DNA of 32,103 nt from Bigelowiella natans CCMP2755. Taxonomy: Eukaryota > Protista > Cercozoa. A model generated the notes under the pieces. That model searched no databases and was not told the origin of the DNA. It saw only the letters and a list, made by a program, of their open reading frames with translations. A program made the translations under genes and the position numbers. Of this stretch, positions 22,378 to 32,103 are shown one piece after another; within the stretch, counting starts at the first letter, position 1; every line of letters starts with the position of its first letter. The stretch covers positions 1-32,103 of the forward strand of contig ADNK01002335.1 in assembly GCA_000320545.1 (NCBI GenBank), in the 5' to 3' direction.

Positions 22378-23357
22378 GTTATCATCATTTTATATTAAAT
22401 CTACCGTCCACACTTATTCGCGATCATCAGCATGTACCGAAGGAGTACGACTACTGGTTCGAAAGCAAGCACAAGACGCCGCTGCTGAATGCGATTAAGC
22501 AGAATTCAAAGGTGAGATGTCTGGGCTGTGGATTGTGCTGATGAGTGCTAGATGGACGACGACTACGGGCGAAGAGACATTCCTCACAGTGGAGGATAAA
22601 TTGATGTCGCGAAGCAGCATATACCTTTGCTAATATCCTTGTATGATAAAATAATAACCTCTTCTTCCTCCCCTCCCGCTCATTCACCCTAACCTCAGGT
22701 GGAAATCGTCGAGACTGGGGAGGTAGATCTGAAAGACCGAGTGCGCACCAAGTCACAGAGCCGGGGACCTTTTCCTACACTCGCAGTAAAAAAGGCTCGC
22801 GCGGGCGAAGCTCTTCGGCGCCGCCCCAAGATCGGCGGAGATCAATGTCGTACGATTTTGAATGGGGGGGGGGGGGGGGATGGTCTGCCTCCTCGCTTTC
22901 TCCCTCCGTCAGATATGCATAATTTAAATCTCACACAAGTCTCTTCCCCCTCCTCCCAGATTCTCAAGGGCGCCTATGCTGACTCCCTCCTCCTCCAACG
23001 AGGCTGGAACTGCGCAGGGAGAACCGTTGGTAGAGTGCCTCCCGTCGTCGCCAGCATATATAAATTATGTAAATATATATATATATATATATATATATCC
23101 ATTATGTGTTTGTGCGTGTGTGTGTGTGTGTGTGTGTGTAGCCTCATTTGACGTGAAAATTGTTATCAACCCTGTCGTCAGAGCTGGAAGCACGCCCTCC
23201 AAGGAAATTACAAGTGGAGAATGTCCGTGTGAAAGAAGAGGAAGGAGTTGTTTGAGGGGGGAGGAGGGATAGACATACCCACGCACACAGAGAGGGGGGG
23301 GGGGGGGGAGGTAAGTGCGACTTTGTGAAAATCTGGAAGCAGAGAAGAAAAGAAATG

Positions 23358-23392
<35 letters not shown>

Positions 23393-24247
23393 TCTATATA
23401 TATAACTATATATACACACAACACATAAAAATATTAATATGCTGATATCTCTATGCACGTGACAGGTACTTAGCAGAGAACGGAATGGAGGGCGAGGAGG
23501 TCCAATTCGCTGAGAAGATCACGAAGATCAACTCCTGGGGACGGCGTCAAACCAGACTCGTGGCTATCACTAACAAAGCTATGGTGTCTAATGATGCAGT
23601 GGCACCACAGCAGCAGCAGCGCCTGATTGCATTCTATTTTGTATTCGACGTGTACACGACACACACGCGCGCAGGATATCGTGATAAAATATACACACGT
23701 GTTTTATAGTAATCATGTTGGTGTTCGTATCTATCGTAGTATAACCTCTCGGATAGAGCCGAGGTGAAGAGACGGGTCTCTCTAGAAAGGTAAGCAGCAA
23801 GACGATACTTACCTCTCATTCTCCCACCCCTGCGTCGAGTCACCTATCGACGCCATCGTCGGAAAAGACGAAGAGGACGTTGACGATGGTTTTCGCACTG
23901 CTACTGCTGCTGCTACATGGTGATTACGTGCAGGATTCGAGGGATGACTATCAGCACAGGCTCAAACGAATTCGTCGTGGTAGTAGTAGCAGCAGCAGCG
24001 CCTAACATCTGATCATCACCATCATCATCGTTGAGGACGGTGCAATGTACTAAACAACAACCCAACTTTCCGCGCAACTACTTCGCGCGCTGCTAGCACG
24101 TGCCCTCAGAGTACGACTACTGGTTCGAAACCCCGCTCCGTGGTGCGGTGATCTCTGTCTTCAAAAGCCACACTGCACACGGCCTCACGGTATGCTTAGA
24201 TGCCTGTGTTGTTTGTAAGGTTTTATGGGAAATATTCATACGAAATG

Positions 24248-24293
<46 letters not shown>

Positions 24294-24484
24294 TTCTCTC
24301 TTGTGTATGTGTGTGTGTGTGTGTGCGTGTGCGTGTGTGTTTGCCCATGCCGGGTGGCAGATAACGGAAGTAGGAACCGCGAAGCTCAAGGAGTATGTGC
24401 AGGGCAAAACCAAGATCGAGTAGGAGCAGCGGCAGCAGCGCAAAAAGACACAACATCGCCACCCACACACAAGCACACGAATAA

Positions 24485-24522
<38 letters not shown>

Positions 24523-24523
24523 T

Positions 24524-24560
<37 letters not shown>

Positions 24561-25440
24561 TTTATTAAATTAAACCCCTTTTCACCCTCACTGAAGTCGT
24601 CTCCTCCTCCTCCTCCTCGTCGTACATCGTTTTTTGCGGATAACAACTCGTAGGCACGATTCGAAGACGGCAGTCGAGCTCCCGCAGCTGCCAAGCCTAA
24701 AGCACGTGTGCAGGTTTCCAAGTCTTAAAGGTACCATTTCGGCGGTGCTGTGGTCCATCGTTCTCCTCATCGATCCAATATCCATGCTCGATCCTCTTTC
24801 AAGTTCGCGCAATGGCATAGTGTCTATTGGGAGACATTCATACGCGCGCGCGCGCGAAAACTAGTCGTATGTGTGGTATAGAATTTGATTCATATTATCG
24901 TGTCAATATTAGACAAGCGCGACCATATACGTGCGGAGCTTGTGACAACAGAGCAGAGCTACTGCAAATCGTTGGTGCAGGTATTTTAACTCTTCCAAAG
25001 CATCGCTGCCTCCTCTCACCATCGTCTATCACTGCATCGTCATCATCACCATCATCATTATCGCTATTGCCGTGGCTTCTCTTGCATGCTCTCGTCGATC
25101 TTGTAGCTTTTATACTCGACATACATCTGAACGAATTTCTCCAGCGAGTGACTAGTTATCATACGGGGTTGATATCACGATCCTCCCACGCCGCCCCCGC
25201 CCCCCCTTTTTTTTATGCCCACTCTGTCTTTTTCTCAAAGGGGCTTGTTTCTCACATTTAATAGGTCATTTTGTTGTGGAGGCCTTCCGATCTTTTTTTT
25301 ACGAAGTTTTATGTTCTTCATCATGCTGCTGCTTTGTTCAGTTCCTGGCCTCCTTCGCATACCCGCTCGACGTGGAAAGGAACCGTTCCAGCTTGATGCA
25401 TGTGGGTTGCAAGGGCGTGAATGCGCTTTAATATTTGTGT

Positions 25441-25479
<39 letters not shown>

Positions 25480-25674
25480 CCATATATACATATGCATATT
25501 CTGTCATGCGCGCAGGTGACGCTTTACTTGTGTTGTGTTTTCTTTCTGCTGTATAGAACCGCAACAAATGGGTGGATCTCTTCGATAACTTCGAGAACAT
25601 CGTGCGGTAATCACAGCATGGAGGCGGCGTCCTAAGCAATATTGCCGAGCCCCTTCTCTCATTGTGCATAGATT

Positions 25675-25711
<37 letters not shown>

Positions 25712-27111
25712 GTATCTTATCAGTGCCTTCGTTTGTTGTGATTAGGTTTCATTGCGATTTCTTCTGCCCAGATCTCCAGAATTGCGTGCTCGAGGACGCC
25801 ATCACACATCCTGTTAGTGCTTTGTAGATGATGATGCCGAAGCTTTTCCTTCCGCCTGTCTCTGGCCTCTCCCCCCCGCCCTTCCACAATATCATGAATC
25901 TTCTCATCAGTGCCCTCCTATTCCTCCTGACTGTCAAATTATCGTCTTCTTCTTCTTCTTCTTCTTGCTTACTCCGTCCACCCCCCCCCCCCCCCCAGGT
26001 GAGCAACCCATACGTTTGGGCGACTGGGAAGAAGTCCCCTACTACCCAGGTGATCGGAGCACCATCACATCGTAGTTGCCACACGCCGCTTAGATATATC
26101 CTCGGCACAAGGCCAAAGCAAGAGATGCAGATGAGTTGATTCTATGCACGCATATACTGAGCGAGAGTGCCTCTTCATCGTCGGGGCACAACCTTCATTC
26201 TTCTGCCTCCCCCCCCTTCCCCCGCGCACAAACAAGCAGGTCCAATCCGCCCCATCGAGTCGCATGAGCTCCGGGCTGGAAATAACGCTGAACGGCAGCT
26301 CTGTCTGCACGCCCACGATGCAAGTGATCTCCGAGAGGCAAAGCGAAGCCAAGGGGAGGGGGGGGGAGGGGCTGGCGGGATCTGGAAGAGCCGCCTCCTG
26401 CCCGACCTCTCCATCTCTCACCACGGAAAGGGTGGGGCGCTCGTCCAAAACAACCGACATCGGCGCCGCCTTCAACAAGGTGTTTTCAACTCCGTGACGA
26501 TGTCGATGAGTGGTGAGGATGGTGGCGAGAACATAGATAATATGTACATTGAAAAAATTAGATATATATATATATATATATATAATGTATATATATATAT
26601 ACACATCTGACATGTCGGAATAGTACAATATGACGATACCTTTACAACCGTGCAGCGCGTCTCTTTGCTGAAGACGGTTTATGAGCCATATCTGGCCGGC
26701 TGGACAAAGCTGCAAGAGGTCTGTGAGAGAGGGGGAAAGGGGGGGGGGACCACCACCATACATACGCAATGTTTTGGCCGATAGTAAGATTAATAACACA
26801 GGCCGTGCAGCGCCTGAAGGAAAAGAGCAAATACTCGAAGTTTTTCAACAAACAACAGCAACTTACGGGATTAGGTGCGATACGTCTCTCGACGTCTCTC
26901 TGAGTATAAAAATATTTTTTAAAAAAAGTAGCGACTTTCCGGGTTTAGAAAAAGCAGCCCCGCGCACTCTCATTCATTAGTACACGATACACTCGGCACC
27001 GCAGCAAAGTAGTGTCGGTTGATGCTGTCACTTTCATTTGTTGTTGTTGTTGTTGTTGTTGTTGTTCTCCTTTGCACGAGGAAGCCATGTCACATCGGAA
27101 ATATGTCGTGC

Positions 27112-27155
<44 letters not shown>

Positions 27156-28018
27156 CTCTCTTAGGCATATCTTCGTACCTCATCATGCCGATACAGGTGG
27201 TCATGATAGTTATCGTCGTCGTCGTCGTCGTCCTCGTCAGTAGCTCTCCTTCGCACTTTTCCTGTGGAAGATATGCGTGTATACATGCGCACACTTATTA
27301 TCATATATTTATGTGCATATCCGAGTAAACGGCCATCGTGTGCAGCGAGCGAGCGGGCAATCACTAAGAGTTGTTGAGTTTGGTTGAAAGAAACATGAAA
27401 ATATACGCAGAGACGGGCCTATTCTCTCTTCTCCATTCTCCATTTTCAACTTGCTGTGACATTTCTCTTCCTTTTGCTGTGTTGGCGTGTGTGTTTGTGC
27501 GTGTATTGTTTTGCTTCTCTTGTCGCAGCGTGTGCCGCGCTACGTGCTGCTCATTCGAGAGCTGGTAATTCAGTGAAGTATAGAAACATCAACATTGCTA
27601 ATGATGGTGAAAGGGGGAGGGGGGAAGAAAGAACCTTTGAAAGTATTTTCCATAGATCATCTCAATGGATGGTTTTCGCGTTAATCTCCCCCCCCCCCCC
27701 CCCTCCCAATCGAGCAGGTGAATCTCTCTCTCTTTTTCTCTCATCAGGTACGAGTCGCTGCAGAAGGCGCTCAAATCGATCCAAAAAATCGCCAAGGTCG
27801 TAGATTGTGGCGGGAAACAGCAAATTAGATGCGCGTGTGGGTGGGGGGGGTACAGGGGATGAGATACTGCGATATCTTACAAAAAATAACCTCGTTGACA
27901 CTTGCCACGCGCAAGGTGTAGCAGAACGAATGAAGAATGCAAGTCCCAACAGCAGCTCTCTTTCCCCTCTCCTCTCTTTCTCTGTGCCTTCTAGGTGTGT
28001 GACTCGCATATCAAGTAG
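21136..28018 (+). CDS. RhoGEF with N-terminal SHOCT-like hairpin, two myosin-I tail homology 1 (TH1) domains and a C-terminal Dbl-homology domain; no motor, no post-DH PH
   Basis: TH1-1: KVIFSDYVMKINAQGRKQQRIIVITNIAL | YNMSEKYQVKRRVLLNDIATVTDS..GLIL | HVPKEYDYWFES. TH1-2: EVQFAEKITKINSWGRRQTRLVAITNKAM | YNL..VKRRVSLE | ..MTISTGSNEFVV | HVPSEYDYWFET. These link in phase through exons 24654-24730 and 24913-24980 to DH: KRDHIRAELVTTEQSYCKSL | FLASFAYPL | LFDNFENIVRFH | IGAAFNK | LLKTVYEPY | ISSYLIMPIQ | RVPRYVLLIREL | YESLQKALKSIQKIAK | VCDSHIK*. Exons at 22790-23230 and 27655-27717 are uncertain. Confidence 0.82.
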
Positions 28019-29128
28019 CAGGACTAGGAGGAGGAGGAGGAGGAGGAGGAGGAGGAGCAATGGAGTCGTAGTTGTAGTAGTAGTAGTAGTAGTGGTAGAA
28101 GTAATTGCGAGTGCGCAGCAGCAGCAGCAGCAGATATTATAGCACGTGCGCTTCGCTGTAGTAGAGTGCAGCAAGCAACGCTAGAACGTGCGAGCCGTGA
28201 TATCCGTCAACTTTCTGCCATCCTAGCATCGCTGACAGCTAAGAGAGGAGACTTGCTTAGTGCTAATAACACTCATCGTATTTGCATGAAGTGCTTGCTT
28301 GTATAGATTCGATGATTTGATGCTAACATGTCGGCTGCTGTGCTGGTTAGAAGCACGTACGTCACGCACAATCGTAGATTGTGAAACGCTATGCATGTTG
28401 AGACTACATGCTCTTACGTGTTGTACCGACCGCCTTATGCATAGCACATAGGACGACTGACTGCGCATTTTTCAACGGCGCTACTAAATACGCATTGTTG
28501 GAATGATGCATCAGAAAAGCTAGCTAGTATAGCTAGCTAGCTAGTGTAAAGTAGTTAGCAAGGCTGGCGGCATTATTCACTAGTTCGCCTGCAAGCCTGT
28601 TCGCCTGATGACACAACCGTTGAACCAAGTATAGTGTGTCCAGATATTTCTAGATCACATTTACATGTTTAGATGTGTGATGTACACTGATAATGACGTA
28701 CGTATGTCATAACCACTATCCTTTCTAGCTTTCTATTTTGGGAACTAGAGATGACAACATATCTAGATATCTGACTTCAGTCGTCGCCATTTTAGCTATC
28801 ATGCACATATAGTGTATTAAGCTTCGGAGTGTACACTACTGTATCTATATTGTAGTATACTTGCACTTCTATACTTCTTTCTTTTTGCAAGCCAGAGTGC
28901 GTAAATAAGTTGCCGTGGCAACGCTAGAACGGCTAGACAACTGTCCGCTCGTGTGCGGTGCTGCAAAAGCTTGTGCAACTTCAAAGACGGGCGGATTGTA
29001 GCCCATGCGATGTCTACGATGTATCGTATCAACACGAACTATACCGCGCGTATCATAATTATTCGTAAATACGATGCTGCATGTGATATATGATAAGGCT
29101 GCTAAAATACTTACATTCTCACATAAGG

Positions 29129-30166
29129 CTAATATTTGCATGGATGAATCAGAACGGCCTTGCCCTGCTTTCGCATCTGCTCGACGTGAGCTTTCATCTC
29201 CTCTTGCGAATGTAAATGTCTTGTAGTAACGAACCAGCCATTACGGGGAGTTCTATCATCCATGTCATCAAGATCCACATTCCTTTGCTTGAACCCTTTT
29301 ACAGCGCAGAAAGTCGCAGTGCCAAACTCGCTATGCGCGTGTACGCCTCTCTTCATGGCGTTCCCCCAGGCATCGAGAAAGCGCCTACTCTGGTAAGTAA
29401 GGTGCTCTCGATGACGGTGCACTTTGTTATCAACGACGTATTCATCTCTGAACTTCTGAGAAGACCAGCGCAGTCGATGTTCCTTTTCCTTGGGTAGAGG
29501 ATGAGCCTGCTCTGATATAAGATCCGCTGTCCCGCTGTACTTATCGAAAAGCTGCTTGAAGTTTCCGGTGTATTCGAGATCGTCTTCCCAAACCCACAGG
29601 CCGCAGCCATTCCACTTCTCTCCCGTCACCCGTTCGTACTCTCTCATTGCAGTGTAAATGTACTCGTCGTGATATCCGCGCGCCCACGTCTGGATTCCAA
29701 ATTCGGTGCCGTCCGCTCTCTTCATAAGAGTGAAATAAGAGGGGAGGTTCCTCATATCTGGAAAATTTTTGAGCATCATATCGTCACTCGTCACGACGAC
29801 TCTTTGCTTCCCAAACCTCTTGTAGAGATCATCCAGGAAGACGGGCTTCTCCTCGATTATCTCGGTGGAATTGTGGCGAAGACCCTCGCTTACGCTGAGG
29901 AGGTTGGCCTCCTTGGGATCCTTGAGAGTTCCGTAAGAGATGATGACCTGCCTCTCGGGCTCTATCTCTTCGATTATCCTTTGAAAGCGCTTGACCATCG
30001 CCTCTGTCGGAAGATACGTCCGAATCATCACTGCCTCGCCTTTGCAGCTTCCAGCTTCCGCCTCCAACGCGCCCTGCGAGCGTGCGGTGAAGGTGGCAGC
30101 CCCGCGGCACGCCAGAGTGAGCAACAGGGACAGGAGCACCCGACGCGATCCACGACCCATTAGCAT
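29129..30166 (-). CDS. DUF3405-like secreted/Golgi-lumenal protein, paralog B; intronless
   Basis: Single ORF with signal peptide RRVLLSLLLTLACRGAA. It shares WARGYHDE, GEKWNGCGLWVWEDDLEYTGNFKQLFDKYSGTADLI, EHLTYQSRRFL, HAHSEFG and LIHPCKY with paralog A. Confidence 0.75.
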   Translation of the reverse strand: MLMGRGSRRVLLSLLLTLACRGAATFTARSQGALEAEAGSCKGEAVMIRTYLPTEAMVKRFQRIIEEIEPERQVIISYGTLKDPKEANLLSVSEGLRHNSTEIIEEKPVFLDDLYKRFGKQRVVVTSDDMMLKNFPDMRNLPSYFTLMKRADGTEFGIQTWARGYHDEYIYTAMREYERVTGEKWNGCGLWVWEDDLEYTGNFKQLFDKYSGTADLISEQAHPLPKEKEHRLRWSSQKFRDEYVVDNKVHRHREHLTYQSRRFLDAWGNAMKRGVHAHSEFGTATFCAVKGFKQRNVDLDDMDDRTPRNGWFVTTRHLHSQEEMKAHVEQMRKQGKAVLIHPCKY

Positions 30167-30552
30167 TGAGGGGCCACTCAGGGAATACCAGTTCTGGATG
30201 CACCGGCAATAACTTTTTGCTGTCTGGAAGCAAGCAACAAACGAGGGTTTTGTGGCAACGATTGATATTCCCTGGGCCTCCCCGGTTTTCTTTAGAATAG
30301 TCAAAATCCGTTAGAATTCTTGCCTTGCGACATCCAAAAATCACAGAATCCCGGTGTTTCAGCCTCCTCGGCTGTCGCTGTTAGCTTGTGGCTTTTCGCC
30401 TCTTGTCGCACAACGAAAATCCAGGCAGTTCCACTAACCGAAAATAACGTCGAAAACTCTGTACTCCCGCCGTCGGCCGAGGACGGACCGCCGCGCCGCC
30501 ATTCTACAGGGGAGGCCAACGAGAATATATTGGATAAACAGAAGCGCGAAGC
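30167..30552. promoter_or_regulatory. Divergent intergenic region DUF3405-like B / PDE12
   Basis: About 390 bp between head-to-head ATGs, with the same composition as the other divergent gaps. Confidence 0.5.
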
Positions 30553-32103
30553 ATGCAGAAGGTAGTTTGTAATATATTCTTTGACGAGAGGAGGGAGGGA
30601 GAGAGAAAGGCGAGCCTGTCGGACGGGTGTGAGCAATGAGTTTCCCTACTATGCGATCACCACGATCTGTTTCTGGACCAATAGGCGAAGAAAGAGAAAC
30701 GAAGAAAGAAGGCAGCGCCCCCGGTGGAGGTGAACTCCAATTTAGAAATAACTATAGTGTTTCCACACGTTTGATGCTCTTTCGAATCGCAGGCGATTGA
30801 AAGCGGCGATGTAATGGTCTGGATGGCAGGTGGCGGCGCCAACGAAACCAGTATCAGTCTTCGCGTGCTTGTTCGACGTAAGGCGCAAACGAAAGTCATC
30901 GTGAATAATCCGAAGCCAAAGGTGCTGCTGGGTCTCCCCGCCATTGCGTTCTGCCGTAAAAACGGGGGGGGGGGGGCTGTGCGAGGAGCGAGCATGACAA
31001 GGATAACGTGCACGCTCACTTCCGACTCTTTTCCCCCACGCTCCTTGTGCGCTCACCCCCATTTAGAATGAACTAAAGGCCACGCTGGACCGAATCTCGA
31101 CCAAGATCAGAGCCAGCTCCTGCGATTTGGTAATCACGCACACAGCAGCAGCACACGAAATTTGCATGGCGTCGCAGTGTTTGCGTGTGCTTCGCCACCG
31201 AATAAGCATGTCCCTTTCCTGAATGAGCAGATCGGAAGAGACGGGAAACAATTGGACGCCTCGCTGACCAACGCGGAGGGCTGGGCAATGGCCGCCTACC
31301 TCTTAGTCACAACCGCGATCCGGGACGGTCAAAACGATGCGAAGAAGGAGGATGCGGAAGGAGACAGCAGCGAAAGAAAGACGGCAATTGCGACAACCCG
31401 TCACCGCTTTGCTATTACTCGAAATCCGCCGCGTATTGCCGATGTGTGGGTAAGTTTCGTCCGATGGAAGAGTAGATTTTCTTCCTCTTCCTCCTCCGCC
31501 TCATCGTGCTTCTTCTCCTCTCCCTCTCTCTTTTCTCTCCTCATGTTTGTTGTGAATGTTTTCCGTAAATAGGTAAGTGAGTGCCCGATTGAAGGCTGCC
31601 GCCTTGTTCCTATCGTCAAGTTCATGGACAATGGCGACGGTGCGGTGCAGAAATCTACCACTTTTGAATGGCTGCGCATTAAGCCGCAGCCCCCCTCCTC
31701 CTCCTTCTCCTCCTCCCGCCCCCCCCCCAATACCACTGCGCCATCGGTATCACGGCCACCACCTGCACGGACGGGCGTGTCCTGTTCCCTGCAGGTTGGA
31801 AACCCATCTTACACTCCATCTAAGGAAGACATTGGCTGCCATCTTCTCCTGCCTATCTCCCCAATGCGCGCAGGGAAAGAAGAAGAAGAGGAGGAGGGGG
31901 GGGGGGGCTGCGGGTGCAGGCGCCGCCAAGTAGTAGTTGTTTGTTTCGCCGCGGCGCCGTCGTTGTTGATCATGAAGATGAGGAGAAGGAGGAGGCGGCA
32001 GCTTGGGATCGGGCTCCCTCTTTCTTGGTGGAGGAAAACATTCACCACGATGATGAGGAGAGAGAAGGGAGAGGGGGAGGAGAAGAAGCACTCTTGTTGC
32101 TGG
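30553..32103 (+). CDS. PDE12: 2',5'-phosphodiesterase 12 (CCR4/nocturnin family)-like, N-terminal part; catalytic EEP domain outside the window
   Basis: Exons 30553-30561, 30685-30729, 30793-30921, 31067-31129, 31231-31449 and 31573 onward give ELKATLDRISTKI...LDASLTNAEGWAMAAYLLV...FAITRNPPRIADVW | VSECPIEGCRLVPIVKF...STTFEWLR...SYTPSKEDIGCHLLL. This parallels PDE12 EPLGRVLSRIATN...EDVLNVDAWQDGAVLQI...YKVERNPP...IMAGFPVCPKL...SLFRWY...YTPSNADIGLRLKL. Confidence 0.75.

Noticed and set aside
21136-24423. Class I myosin gene
   Set aside because: No motor-domain or IQ exons upstream; the gene starts about 500 bp before the first TH1 exon.
9187-30166. Large transposon with the DUF3405-like genes as terminal inverted repeats
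   Set aside because: The paralogs are strongly diverged, their flanks are not similar beyond a short leader motif, and no transposase or target-site duplication was seen.
30167-30304. N-terminal 46-aa extension of ORF 29129..30304
   Set aside because: It begins at a non-ATG codon; the signal peptide and paralog leader motif point to ATG 30166 (or 30160).
31795-31850. SYTPSKEDIG as a second G-alpha (YxPTxxDIL) fragment
   Set aside because: The surrounding motifs (RNPP, PIEGC.L.P, FEW) fit the PDE12/CCR4 N-terminal domain instead.

Overview
Gene-dense, intron-rich eukaryotic nuclear DNA using the standard code, with GT-AG introns full of microsatellites. The host is a flagellated protist (DRC3 is present); a rhizarian/chlorarachniophyte-like host is only a guess. 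Manual splicing gives eight genes in strictly alternating orientation, forming four head-to-head pairs: DRC3/LRRC48 (-, runs off the left edge), PDCD2L/Tsr4-like (+), cyclin C (-), DUF3405-like secreted protein A (+), a giant multi-domain G-alpha (-), a SHOCT-like/TH1/TH1/DH RhoGEF (+), DUF3405-like paralog B (-) and PDE12-like (+, runs off the right edge). The standout is the central divergent pair. One gene encodes roughly 1,500 aa: PH domain, proline-rich linker, neurobeachin/BEACH-type alpha-solenoid, then a G-alpha domain lacking the catalytic Arg, Thr and Gln. It shares a short promoter with a motor-less tandem myosin-I-tail (TH1) RhoGEF, and the pair is bracketed by two inward-pointing, intron-poor DUF3405-like paralogs. 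All exon structures and family assignments were made by eye from remembered consensus motifs; no searches were run.
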